From contig NMRA01000348.1 of assembly GCA_002633005.1 (NCBI GenBank), positions 235,065 to 299,064 on the forward strand: a DNA stretch of 64,000 bases, written 5' to 3'. The position numbers were made by a program, and so were the translations under genes. Below, one piece after another: positions 10,603 through 25,400 of this stretch. Origin of the DNA: Phoronis australis. Lineage: Eukaryota > Animalia > Phoronida. Position 1 is the first letter of the stretch; each line of letters starts with the position of its first letter. Under the pieces are notes generated by a model. The model saw nothing but the letters and a program-made list of their open reading frames with translations, was not told the origin of the DNA and made no database searches.

Positions 10603-13600
10603 GTAATCTTCTCTGAATTTCATTTTTATAATTGTGAGACGTGAGGAAATGTACATCTTATTTATTTGTACATTGTTCACTGGAAACGCAAAACATTCAC
10701 TCAACTTCAGTTTTATTGTGTAACCGTTGCAAGGATCTTTTTACAAAACCCTTCGCAGCTTTTTAGTTATGGACGTAACAAGGGTTTAGTTTCGAGGCTA
10801 ATGTATTTTCCTCTGTCCTCTTCCCAGTCAAATTATTTCAGCAAAGTAATTTACACGTAACCTACGTGCGTATGTTAATTGTTGTTAGAGGCGTTAAATA
10901 ATCATTTGTGGTGTAGAGTAATTATTTGCGGCGTACAGTAACTTTTAGCGATGTAATTAGTTTACACCAGAATAATTACTTTACGGCTCTAACAACAATT
11001 AACTTGCACACGTAATTTAGGTATTACCTGGTGTACTGAAGCTTAAGCCTCTACACTGTAGATATTAAGAGTAAACGAAAATCTGCTTGCGTAGAGGGAT
11101 ACCAGGCGAAGTCTTTGATTACATCGCCCCAAATCATTCTAGTGGAAAAAGCAAGCATAACATTAGGCCTTGAAATTAAACTGCAAATTTGAAACCTTGT
11201 TAAGTCGAAAACTCATAACCTGTTCAGTTTTGTATTAAAATACCTTGGCGTGTAAAGTTACTTTTAGCTGCGTAAAGTAATTTTTTGCAGCTTAAAGTAA
11301 TAATTTGCAGCATAAATTAATTGTTTTCGGTGTACATTGCTGTACACCGCAACTAATTACTTTACGCATCTAAGAATAATGAACGTAAGCAGGTAATTAA
11401 GGTGCGCAACGTTGATTTACATGTATATGGCTTACGACAGATTTGCGTGACAGTTTTCGCCATCAACGTTATTTATGACTTCATCTATAACTCTGTGTAT
11501 TCGCTCAAACATCTCCTATATTTGGAAAAGTACATAATTTCTGAAAGTAGAAGGTACACTGTATCTAATGATTTTTGGCTTTTTGCCAAACTACCATTAC
11601 CTAACATTTTCAATAAAACATGACAACAAGGAGGGATACGTTGAGAACGCAACGGTATTAATAACGTAACCAAATTTCATCAACATAAATATAGATTATT
11701 ACATGGCGAAGTCGTTATCCCGTTCTCTAGAGCCCGAGTGGAGTTTGGAGAATTATCGCCCGAGAGGCGTTAGCCCCGAGGGTGATAATTCTCCAAAATC
11801 CACGAGAGCTCTAGATAAGGGGGATAACGACTGAGAACATGTAATAATCTATTTATACCACCTACTACATGAGAAACATTGCAATGATTCGATCTACCTT
11901 TCTCGACTCGCCTCGGCTTTGTAACTACTTTCTATGTCAGAGGCCCGGGGTCGGAGGTCGTGACCTTTTAAGAAAAGCCGAGCTATTTTTGTCAAATAAT
12001 GCTTATACTCAAAACCAATTGGAAATTTAAACAAAATAGAAATGAAGTGAATCTCTAAATTAAGGTTAAACAACTATTATAGCTTAAAACACGTTTTTTC
12101 ACGCTAAGCTTTGACCGGGAAATTATCGTCTGCTAATGTAGGTTACCACTGGTAAATTAATATAATTCTCCAAGTCAAAGATCCTGACGACACGATACCC
12201 GCATTCAAACTGGAGATCGGTAATTTACAAGAAAGAGGACATGAGAGAAAAATTTCACGGAATTAAGATATCATTTTTATGGAAATTATGTGTCTTATTT
12301 TTCGTAGCGTATAAGTACAGTACAATGCGGTTTGTTGAACGTGCGATTATTGCGCGTGCTCATTTAAGTATTCTATTTTCACTCTTGATGACGTCAGTCG
12401 CTGCATGGTGTAGTGGTAAAGTCGTCGACCAGAAATTCCAAGGTCCCGGGTTCGATTCCGTCCTCGGTTTCCCGCCAAATCGTTATCTCACTAGTGAGAT
12501 AACTTTATGGGTTATTACACGGTTGTATCTGCCATTTGACGCTAATATTGGGGTATAAATGACAAGATGAAGTCTCAAAAACCGTTACAGTTTCCTAAAT
12601 TATCATTTCTGTTCACTTTAGCTTGTTTCATAAAAATCACAATAGTAATTTTGATAACCGTTCATGCAAAAGTGGAACTTTTTAAAATGTATTCTATTTT
12701 TGGAGATCACTACATGAAATTTAGCATTTTTGCGTTTCACATGGATTTGATCAGTCATTTCGGTCAGTCAGTTCGTTATTCACGTCGTCATGTCTCGTTG
12801 TAATACCATGAAAGAAGAGATAGCTTGGAGTGAATAGGGCATTAAGTTGACATTTACTTAGAAATGGTTTAGATTACGTTTTTAAAAACCTAAATGGCGA
12901 CATAACGGAAATGGTTAAATGTCACGGATGTTACTATTGATTTTTAAAAATGCTTTATGAGCGACATTATGTGACCGGCCTATGGAGATGTCTCGTTTGT
13001 CATTGGCCATGAAGTTGTCACGTAAAAGGCTTGCCAAGCCCTGCACAAGCCCGAGTTGTGTCTGTCACGAATGCTGAATATATTGTCAACCTTATTTTGT
13101 TACCAATGTCAAGCCAGGTTGGAGAAGGGAAAGTAGTTCTTTTTGCTGGCTTACATTTTACATTTGCATTTATCAAGATACCGTTGTGGATTAACTACCT
13201 AAAATGTCTGAGACAGAATACGCCATTACGTTTTTCAACAGATAACTTGCCATCACACAAGTGGGGAAGCAAAATCAGTACTTTACTGAATTATAATTTT
13301 TTGCAATTTCCCCAATTGACCTTTCCATGGGAGGTGCTGACTCATCAGCAAACTTTGCCAACTTAAGGGTACATGTAATTGTCGGCGAGAAAAATGAGAT
13401 TCTGAGATGAGCCTTATTGTGGAATCGAATCTGGAATTCCTGCAGCCGCAGTCTAACGCTCTGCTGGCAAAGGTAAGCCCACTGGATAAATGTCAAACTG
13501 GAGAATTTTACTAAAGCTTGTATAACTGGTATATTCATCGGCCTCGATTTTATCGACAAGTGGGCGAATTATAGTACAACAGGAAAACAACGGATTTTGT

Positions 13601-16600
13601 TGTTTTACATCTTGATCAAAGATAATTACCGTAAGAAGGTACCCCTTGTCAGGGGCGGATCCAGGATTTTGAGTTGGGGGTGGGCACAGAAATAACCAGA
13701 ATTTCGGCATATGCGCGCGCCCAGCCTAAATTTTAGGGATGCAGGGGTCTCGAATGTTTGGGTTTGCGTGCGGACATTTTGACTAAACAAACGGTAAACG
13801 GTGTACGTTCAGGGCCTATGCATTGTTTATTCACTCCCTGGGTCCCCTTGGTTTAGCGCATGTGCTAGTCAGCAATTCACACCCGGACTGCCAAATGATT
13901 TATGGTAGAATTTTAAGGGGGCATGGCCCCTTTGTCCCCCATAAATCCGCCACTGCTTATAGAAGTAATCACAAAATGCCTTTTTCAGTGGCGTAATACT
14001 GCTAGAACTCAGTTGTGTGGTTCCTATAAAAAATATTGATCAACGAAGTCGATGAAAACCATCGCAGAATGAGACGTAAGAGCCATTAAAATGTCTGAGG
14101 CTTAAAAATCAATGTTTCTCTCGAAAAACGTAACGACACGTGAACGACCCATGGTAGTTTCAAGCACGCGCGTCATCATTGACATTTTAGCAAGAGCTCT
14201 TGGTTGGCGCGCGCAGAGCTTCAAGTGGCGTGTTTGTAAAGGTCCACTGTTCACAGAAATTGCACCCACGGATTTTTTTTCCAGAATAGTGAGTAATTTA
14301 AAACGTATGCAGTGTGTTGGAAGGCAGGTGGTGCTGTCAAGAAACACTCTATTTGAAAATGATATATATTTATTGAAAAATACACAGAACGTGCAAGGAA
14401 ATAATGGCAAACCCAAAAATCGCAAAACATTATATCTGGGCTGTAGACTGTTTATAAGTGAAATTGGTATACAGAGAGCTATATACATAGAAACAGTATG
14501 TAATATGATGTAGGTATTACAGCGTTTAAATAAGCTATTACGATTATACACAACAAAAACATACACAGATATGGCAATCAGAAGCAACAAGATTTATAAG
14601 CGATACATAAAAAATTACTAACATTACTTAAGAGGAATTCATTGAGAACAAGGCCAAAGCTTAGTCTACCATTTAATAATAATGTAAATTTAGTAGGGAT
14701 ATTAGTACTGGATTTGAGAGTATTTACAATTAACTGGTTTTCATTGAGTGCGCGAAAGAGTGAGTCTCTCGGCTATTCGATGAGGGGACATTCGAAGAAA
14801 ACATTAGGATAAGATAGGTCACTACATTTACAGTTTGAAGGGGCATTACTAAAGTTGTGCCTAATTTAGTCGGAGTTGAGGAGAAGACGGTCTCACAACC
14901 AATACAATGATTATTCGTTTTCGGGGGGAAGCGAGAATTGTGTCAGTTCAACCAGTTCTAAATTTTTTGTACTCAAAAAGAGGTCTGAACAGAGACTGCA
15001 AGTTTATTCCTATTGTTGATGCACACATCATAACTGTAGACCGTCTGAATGCCTGACTGAACGATAGAGGAATTGCATATGGGGCGGAGGATCTCAAACT
15101 AGTTTGATGGCCTTGTTTAGTACATGTTCATGTATATAGTCCAATTAAATTTTTGACGGATACATTGTTGGCATTGTATTTTACTTTGAAAGTAAATATG
15201 GTCATGTGATAATTGTGTCGAGTAGACAGTTTGGGCCACTTGAGACTATTCAAAACAGTAACACTATTGGATCCCCTGTAAGCTCCGGTTATGTAATTTC
15301 TCCAAATCCTAAAGTGCACCGGTATTGGCAGACTGATATATAATACGATAATAATCGATGTGTGGAAGTATAACGGATTTGAACAGGACTTCTAAATGAG
15401 AAGAATTCAGACGATGTGAGACAAGTGTATATGGATTAATTAGTTTCTGATTTTTGTACGAGCTCCCGAGGGTGATGTGAGTCAGTATACATGTACCAAA
15501 ATGTCTATGCAACTGTTCTCTTGGAATCCATCATTAAGTTTAAGATCATAAGATGGGTCAACAGAGAAGTGAGAATTGTTAGATTTGGAGAAGGTGAGGT
15601 CAGCGCTTTTTTCTGGTTTAAAATTCATTCTCTATTTCTATGACCAAAAGCTGAGTTTAGTCAAATCGTGTTGTAGCAGTAAAACTCAGGGGTGCTCTTT
15701 GCGAACTAAGGGGTGCTCCCTGCGAAGGGGTGAAAAGAGCCTTGTCATCTGCATAACGGTATGTACTACATGACGGGTTATCAGGAATGGCATTAATATA
15801 AACCAAGAAGAGAAGAGGGCCCAATACGCTGCCCTGCGGTACACCTGCATTTACAAAGATAGGAGATGAGGTTGAAAGAGCACCGTCGACACAAATACTG
15901 TATGTACGATCAGAGAGATATGAAGTGATCAAAATTAAAGGATTCCAAGTACTAACGTAGGATCGAAGTTCGTTGAGCAGAAGGCCACGAAGGGCACAGT
16001 CGGGAGCAGAGGAACATTTCCAAATTTAGGAACACAGAAAGGAACATGCTGGTGGAATGTTTATATAAAACACGTTGTTCTTACTGTAAGGCAATGCGAA
16101 ATCTTATTGACTAGTCTATATATTTAATTAAATATGTGCAAAGCCATAGATTGCAAAGCAACGGTATCAATTGCGTGACCGAATTTCATTTGATGTGAAA
16201 GTTCATGATGCAAGATCAGAAAATGGTATTACAGTTTTCGAAGTTTTCGTTTCGTTTTTGTTTCATGCAACTACCTCTTCATCAAAATCTTAAAGGTACA
16301 TGCACCGAAACAATGCTTATAATATGCAAATAGAAGATATATACATGCATATAATCAACGCTTATAATGTACAAATAGAGGGTACATGTACCTGCGTAGA
16401 GACAATGCCTTTAACGCACAAATGGAGAAAACATCTTAATGCATGGAAACAATGCTTGTTATGTACAAATAGCGTCATTGCATTTTTATTCGTAAGACTG
16501 TGTTTGGTCGGATCTCTTCCGGCTCCGTCCCGTTGTATACTGTCGACTGCGAATTAAACACGTTAAACTTGCTAATTGTTTAGTTTATCTGGCACGCCAT

Positions 16601-19449
16601 TGCATTGTTATTCGTGCGAATGTTTGGTCTGATCCCTTCCGGCTCCGTCTCGTTGCACATGAATATTGTCGACTGCGAATTAAACACGTTAAACTTACTA
16701 CTAATTGTTTAGTTTATCTGGCGAGGTGGCAGCGATATGGCTACGACCCAAGCTCCGAACAGTGACCGCTCACTGAAAATGAGACTATTCCTGGAGGATA
16801 CATGTACATGCATTGAAACCATGTTTTAATATACAAATAAAGTAAACATGTACAGGCACATAAAGAGCGCTTATAATGTACAAATGGGAGGTACATATAC
16901 ATGCATAGAAGCAATGCTTATAATGTACAAATAGGGTGTTCATGTGCATGCATAGAAGCAATGCTTATAACTTACAAATAGAGCATTAACGTAAATGTAT
17001 AGAAACTGCTAATAATGTACAAAAATCCACCTGATGCGTCACACGGCTCTTAGTAGGGCTGTACATGTGCCAAACGTTATTAAGACTGCACGTGCACCTT
17101 TTATAAACCCTTTTCTTCTTGAAATTTCTAAGAAACTAGCAATTGCCAATTCGAATAAGTGTATATTTTATGAGACAAGTGATAGAAAGAAATCTAATTG
17201 TTCCATTTACAACACTGCACCATTCTCGCTGTCACGGGATCCTATGTTTTTGGCAAAGATGTTGTTTTTTGAAAGGTACATTGATATGGAAAAAGTCCTT
17301 TTACTAGCATTTACCAAATTTCTTATTAAAACTAAGAGTTATGAAATCGACGATCTGCAGAAGTCGGTAGATAAGTTCAGTTTTTGACCGCCAGGGGACT
17401 CCTTCCAATCAACAATGCGGTATTATTACCAAGTACCAGGAAATAGTGCGAACAGAAATTTCACGATAAAATACTAAGGGAACGGGGTAAGAAAAATTTC
17501 TGTGTATGTTTGGACAGATAACTTTGCAAGAAATCGTACGATACCAAAATCAATGTCGTCACATTGTAAACAACTATCAAAGTTTTGAGTCATTTCACAT
17601 CACAAGACCTACAGATGTGCACAGAAACTTTATTCTCTCTTGTATTTTTGACCCTTTCACTCCCAGTGAAAAACCAAGCTGGACTAAGAAAAATTAGGGC
17701 AAAAATGAAAATTCGGCACTTTTCACCCCAAAACCACCACATCCCTACCAATGCTCGACTTGAGCCAAAATTAGATTTCGAAAGCAAATTTCCTACCGAT
17801 TCCAAAAATGTGGTCCAACTAGTTTTGTGCAAATCTGGCTTGTATGAAGGCTACCTGAAATCACGCTGAAGTTCTCAGTTGCTACACAGCAATGCACAAT
17901 TGCAACTGGAGTTTACCGTATTGAAGTAGATTGCAGCTACAGCCACGCAAGTGTCCCTTTTTCATTCTCAGCATGTTCACAAATACAAACAAACCACATT
18001 CACTTGGCCTACATACAATACCTAACGAAAAATGCCCCCGAGCTTGGCCTACACCTAAACTAACTGTTCAGTGCAATCTTAGTAAGCGTGAATATGGGAA
18101 GGGAGTCTTGATGGTGGGCCTAGTCCTGAGCAAATATCAGAATCACAGAGGGCGCTCTTGTTCTTCGCGATGTTCTCACTCGGGATGTACGCCAACAGGG
18201 CGAAACAGGCTCCACGGACAATTCGTAGCAATTTTGGCGTGTTTTCTGAATATATTGAAAAGCATCTCATTGGTTCTATGTGTTCGCGTAAAGAAATCTA
18301 GAGTATTTGATAATATTGATTTTGACAAATCATCATTTATGTAAGTATCACGACTGTACATGTACATGTACTAACAGAGAATCACTTTCAGTTTCTACGT
18401 AACGTCATATAAATGAGTTTATTAATACTCAGCCGAAAATATTGTGCAAGACGTCAGATTAAATGACTCTCGATTGTTTGGAAAAATAAGGATTTTTTAA
18501 AATCCTTATTTTTAAAAACAGTAAATAAGTTACGTTGAAATCCAAAACATAAAGCAAGCTACGTAACCTTGTCACTAAAAAACAATCCCAGTTGGGAAAG
18601 ATTGCGACCAGTGGCCAAATGCAAAATTGTTTATCAATTCACGTCATAGGGACGGATGTATTCGTCCTCATACTCGCGAACAGCGTTACGCTGGACACAC
18701 GATACTTTTTTCCTCCTTAATCGGTTGTCCATGTATTTACATGGCGAGTCCATTCAAGATCATTTTTACACCAACGGGGTCGACACAATAACTTGGAAAG
18801 AAACAGTAGACAATAGTACCATTCGCCATATAGAAAGCGACACATTTGGGTCAAGACGTTGGAGTCTCTATTAATCAGTCATGACAGACCTGCACTGATT
18901 GAACACCTCACAGGTGTGTACTGCACGTTGGCCTTGTTTAGTTAGGCTTGTGAACTTCTTACCGTGTGATACAAGTACGTTCACACTCCCTCCTTGTATG
19001 CAGTCTATTTTATCCTGTTTGTCCATTATGTCTTTTGGTGTTTTGCGTCATAATTGCACCCCTGAAGACAGAAGATTGTATAGGAAGTCTGAGCGAGTAT
19101 ATATCAAGCTGTCTACAAAGTACAGTTGCGCCTTCAACTAAGTTTGTGTCAATGATCGGGCTGCTATCAAATTATACATACATACATACATATATGTGTA
19201 TGTACATACATACGTAGGTATATAAATACACACGCATGCACGCACGCACGCACACACAGACACACAGACACACACACAAACACACACACACACACACACG
19301 CACACACATTTAAATACAGGATGTCTCCAGCTTTGTTTTTTGTTGTTCATTGTATTTCAATAATTGTTATATACTAAGTTAATAAACATATCATCTCTCT
19401 CCCTCTCTCTCTCTCTCTCTCTTTGTCCCCCTCTCTCTCCCTCTTTCTN

Positions 19450-19481
<32 letters not shown>

Positions 19482-22400
19482 ACTCTCTTTCTCTCTCCAC
19501 TCTTCTTTCTGTCGTGGCATCTTGACATTTCACGCCCTTGTGTATCCAAAACTCGGCTCTCGATCGATCATTTTATAAAGTCGATTCCAATTTAAGAAAA
19601 AATAACATGTTTGCAGATGACGTCTCATTATTTCTGTTGTTAAAGCGGGTATTGGTAAAATATCCAATATATTTTTCTTTTGTGTATTTTTGTTTCGAAA
19701 CATAGCCATAGTGTAACGTAAATCATCATGGATTTGCGGTTTCGGTTCTGGTCGCCGTTTGCTCCGTCTTCCCAAGTCAGCAGCAATTCTTACTACACTG
19801 TCTTGGTGAATTGAGATGAATGCGAATTAATTTAGATAAGACATTGGAATGAGAGACTTCCAAGTAGCAAAGTGGCGACTGAACACGTGTCAGCGGATAT
19901 TAGTCGCCTATATGAGACTTGGAGGTGATTTTGCTTTTTTTGAAACTGCAACTCAAACACTGAAAGCAACAGATATTTTCGCATTGTTAAAATGTTTCCC
20001 TATGCCACCCGCTGAGAAGCAGCAATGACAAGTATCTCTTGGTATACCCAAACTTGCGTTCATTGAGGAAAGTTCTCCCCTTTGTAATTTTACTTTTGAA
20101 AGACGCACCCGACGAAAGAGCTTTGATTTCAACGAGAGCCTTTCGAAAAACATGGCCAAAAGTCATGATGACGATTTCTTTTTACTGAAACATTCAATGA
20201 GCAGTTCTCAGATGTGTACCGCAAACGCAGTCTCTGTTTTGATTACGCTTTTGTGTTTTGTATCGTGTGTTGCATTCGCAATGCCTGCATGTATACCCTG
20301 ACACGCCGCAAAATGTAACAATGGTGCATTACCCGCATGTGCATTCGACGTAAATTTTAACAGTTACATAAAATGTAACAACTTGCTACAGTTTAGGAGA
20401 GGCCTAGCAACGTGGAATGATACCATGCCATCCAATGTAACAGTTGTTATATTTTAAGAAATTGATACATTTACGACGTATTTATGCGCCTCTTCCCGGC
20501 GTCACGTGCATTTCATGGTTTAATTTGCGTCCTATATGTGCATTCCACTTATTGCCTGATGACGAGACATGCAGTCTCGAAATATAGCTAGTGTTTAAAT
20601 TTGTTTTTTTATATGTCTCTCGGTGTTTTGCTGCATAGCTGCACCCCTGAAGAAAGAAGACTTTCTCGACACTACGAGCGACTCTGTACCAAGTTTTCAA
20701 ACCAAAAGTTTAGTCGTGTTTTCAACGAAATAATTGAAATTTTAGAAATATTTTTTTTTGTATATTCAAGCTATCGCCCTACTTTTCTGTCGTTTTACAG
20801 TAATTCTTATTACGAGCCACTCCGATGTAATTACGTAAATTTCCTGTCATCCGCTTCTGAATGCACGTTTCGCCACTTGAAGTGTGCAGTCGATGACTGC
20901 ACTCTCGATCGACAGACTTACGATTTTTAGCCTTGCGAGTTTGAAGAAGTTTCTAAGAGGTTTTCTCATGTCATAGCACTGAGATGAAAGTATGAATCTC
21001 CATTGTTATGCACCCATTGCTGGGAAATATCAAAAGAACCGATCGATGGATATCGATAAATTTGACACTTGAGTTATACGATGTCACTGCGCCGGCATCA
21101 TCGGCCCTATTTGATGTTCGAAAGCATTCGACCGCTGCAACACCTCACAATGGCCATGTTTGAGAAGAACATTTCTGCATGATTTCTTTCGAACTGGTTT
21201 ACGGGTTTTAACGAAACACAGAGCTTTGTAATGTCAGTGCGCCGACAGCATTAATTCGTAATCATCGTTCTCATTGTCTAAGTCATCGCCCCATTCCCAT
21301 CACGAGCATCACCAAACATCAAATATTATCTTTGTCATCACGATCATCATCTTCATCGTCAACATTTATCATCATCATCATCACCAAAATCATCATAACC
21401 ACGATCACAATCATCACGTACATCATCATCATCGTTGGCGTCGTTTTGATTGTCGTCACCATGTTTTGTTCCACAGTGACAGAATTGCGACGAACAATGT
21501 TATCCTTCTTTTTCCGTCTTTATCTTCTGGCGCTGCATCCTTCTCGTTTACTATCCTTCCTTTTTCAAAAACTTCCATATAGTGCGTTTGCCTGTCCATC
21601 CAGATTCCATTTTGCTGACGTGCTATGATCTATGATTTGACGGCGTCAAATTTTTATGCAGATCAAACAGTTGGGGCACCTGGCGGCTGGTCAGAGGACT
21701 TCGGTCCATGGGACAAAAAATGTACTCCCTGTGGCAACCGGACTCGTTCAAAGCTGTGCAACAATCCAACGCCAAGTCCCGGACAATCTTGCAGCGGATC
21801 AGCCGAGACAGAAGTTCAACAATGCCTATGCCCTTCCTTGGAAAGACTGCAATACATTCCAAACCAAGGTACTTGATAGAGTAAATTTGTTATTACAAGT
21901 TATTGAGAGACTTTTGCCGTTTGACATGGATCCCTGCAAGATTACTTTTTGTGGTAATACACACTGAGCCAATTCCATTTAATTTAATTGTTGGTTTCAG
22001 TTGCTATTCCAGTGGGGCATAAAAATGACGTCGATACAGGATAAAACATGAATTCAAATTGTTTGACGTTGTTAACCACCATATCCGATCAGTCGTCGAG
22101 TGAGAGCTTTTTCAAATTAGAAATGGTTCTTGTTTTCAGGATTGTGTGATTTAGCCAATGGTTTGCAACTGCAACTGGTGTCTGCAGATAACCGACATCT
22201 AACTGGCTACGAAGTGTACACTCTAAACAACGTCTCCCGTGAAGCCGACTGCGCTGTTGCATGCCATAATGACAAACTGTGCAAATCGGCAGATTACCAA
22301 GCAGCCACGAGAACGTGCACTTTTCACAATATCACGTGGTTGGACGAAACTGTTCATTCTACTGCTGTATCCAAAAACAACAGTTTTACACACTTAGAAT

Positions 22401-25400
22401 TTCAGTGCATCATTGGTAAGTTTGCCCATCAACAGTCCTGGTATTTGCACTTTTAGCAATGAACATGGCTAATTACTTTTTTTTGCAAATTAATAGTTCG
22501 TTTACCTGTATGTCAAATGTCCCACAGAGAATGCCTTTATTACTCACATGACGACTTTTAAAATCTTTAATATGACCATTTATTCAACAAACATTTGGAA
22601 AAAATTCACGAACCAAGACTGTTTGTCTATTAATATGCCACTGAGGAAGGTGTCATTTGCGTGTAAATTGAATTCCGAAATTGTTCAACAACATCTGTGA
22701 AATCAGTTTTATTGTTTGGAATTGCGAGTCCTAAAATCGAAACTTCGCTTACTAGGCGATGGCTGTCCACCGGGATGGATGTTCGCCAACGCGGTTTGCT
22801 ACGCAATTACGTCAAAATATGATAGACATGAAAACGCCAAAGAGTTTTGTGACATGCGCAACAGCCATCTTGCCTTCATCAATGACGACACCGAACAACA
22901 GAATATACTGCATTTGATTCATCGGTAGGTGGAAGCGTTTTCCTTAAATGTGTGGCTACTTTGCTCAGACTGTCTGAAAGGGGGGCGGGGGTTGCCCAGA
23001 TGTACAAGTACCAGTACGCATCGATTAAAATTGGAGTGCCACGGGTAAATTACAAGTTAGCTTGCTCTTGAAATGTGGATATTTTCTTTATGCTGCCCAG
23101 GCATTTTTAAATGTGTACATTTATACGTATGGAATATAACAATACCATAGAAAATTGACGACTGAGAACGTACTACTTATTCGAGGTAAGTTACTTTACC
23201 TTTGAATCGACGCTTCTTATCATCAAAGATGGTTGATCATACGTTATTGAGAATATCCACTTTACGTTAGTTTTGCCTTTCACTTTTCTTACCAGTAACT
23301 GCCTACACATAACTGTGCATATTTCATATCCTGGGCGCGGTAGGATAAAAGTTATACACTGGATATCAACACCGACATATGATGGTCGGTTTCACCTTGA
23401 CAACAGTGAACGATGCGCTTGGCGTCATTCAACAACCACTTGAATCCAGTGGAAAAGTGATAAGAAAACCAGCCTTGGTGCATTTTGATGTGTGCTATAC
23501 ATGTAAAACCTGTCTGCAGAACTGTCACAGCTAGGAATGAAGAGGTAGGTCCGTTCTGGCTGAGCTTTCCAACTTCCGATGACGCCTATGACTGGATGAA
23601 CGTCTCTGGCAACGTCTATCAACATGTGAACGCAGACCACTGCGCCACCTTTGGCTGCACGAACACGACAAACAACACGTGCAGCGTAAGACCTGATTAC
23701 TGCAATGTGACGAGACTGATTCTTTGTGAAAAAGAGCCAATTTGTAAGTACTCACAGGAGCAAATGCGGGAACTTAAATAAACCAAAGGATTTCATGCAT
23801 GTAGCTTGGTACATATGGAAGGTGCTACACTGGAGATTGATAGATCTTAGGCTTCGTATTCTTCAGTAACCCACACCTTATCGGATTTTCAATCTGCTCA
23901 GATATCACTGAATATTTTCCTAACATTTTTTTTCTGGCTACAGGCGTTTGTAAACTTTTCCGGTAGGCCTGTGCTTTTAGATCTGTTCAGAGAGCATCCG
24001 TGAATTTACATTCTTTTCTCAAGATGGATGTAAAGCGTGCTTTCTCAAAAAATGTTCATATAATGGATTACTGGGGCTTCTATGGACGATATTGTCGACA
24101 ATTTTGTGATCTTTGCGTTCTGGTCGCCCCCAAAGGGAGACGCAGTCTACTCTTATCTTCAGTGGATTCCCTTGTTCATTTTTTCGTAGACTCTCATAAT
24201 TTTTTACAATTGTTTCCAAGACTGTTTAAGTTTGTTAACAAGTTTACAAACGTCCATTTATGATGCACAGTTCTGTGTTTCTTAGTGACATTTCTATTTT
24301 TGCATTGAATGAATTTATAGGTAAGGTTCTCCATTTGACGTTAATTTAAAGGGTGAGGTATCAACACTTTTCGAGATTAGGAACATTGAAATTTAAACAA
24401 TAGAATGAGACCTTTGTTTTAATTTCATCTTTTGTCACCACGGATAACGCTGTGGACGCGCCTAAACGAAACCGTGACTTACTCGTTCTTTCATCAAAGT
24501 TAACTAATACTTGCGGCTCAGCCATGCTGTTCGAGAAAACCTATTCGACAATTTCTCTAAAATTACAACGAAGTTAAAAATTCAAAGACGCCTTTTACAT
24601 TCCAATTTTAAAAACAATCATGTTGGTTCATTTGTCTAATTATTTTCCTTTTTTTGACTTTCAAACTCCCCCTCTTAACTGGCGCGTCGTTAGGGCAGCA
24701 ATTAACTCATCCTATACACATTTGGCCAAGCCAATTATTAGCGACACGGTCACTTAAATCTGGGACGCTGACATCAAAACTTTAACGTGCAAAATATTTA
24801 CTAAAGGCTGTGGGGTTAAAGATGCACTCATTCTCGTTCACTTGCGTGCAAAATTAGTGCGGGCGTAGGAGTAGGCCAATATGGAGACGCCCAAACTAAG
24901 CAAAAATAGCAAACAACTTATTTTGGTGTTTTACGGCTAAGTCATAAATTTGATGAAGTAACCTGCAGTATTTATATTTAGTCCTGCTACGTTGTTAATT
25001 AATTCTTCATTCTAACAACCTTTCGAACAGATGATGGGGCGCTGACCGTGAACGACTTGCCGGATGGTGCCTTTTCAGGGTCATCTGTGCATGCCGATTG
25101 CCCCGTGACAAAACTGCGCATGGACAGTGACCGGTCATGGTGTGCCGAGACCAACACAGTCCCAAGCGATTACGTCGAAGTTGACCTGATTGTGAACTTT
25201 GTAGTAACTCTGATTGCTACAAAGGTATGTTAAATAAAGGTATTTCCAGATGCTGTGTTTGAGCTGGACAAACACTTTCGCTGTGATTGGGGATTTTTGC
25301 TTAGCACATCATCATTCTAGCTACATAGTCTACGTAATAGGCAACACGTTATTAATTGTATTATTAGCTGCTTTCAAATCCATGCATAATATTGGACGCA

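Noticed and set aside
12395-12472. Functional tRNA gene
   Set aside because: A and B boxes are present but the cloverleaf stems do not pair; treated as a SINE-like or pseudo-tRNA
14102-14590. Overlapping 162-aa and 133-aa ORFs
   Set aside because: No recognisable motifs or splice context; adjacent to a LINE 3' end
21274-21628. His-rich and Ile-rich ORFs
   Set aside because: Translation of a degenerate (CAT)n microsatellite
22641-22690. CTGAGGA...GAAA hammerhead-like core
   Set aside because: No convincing stems I or III
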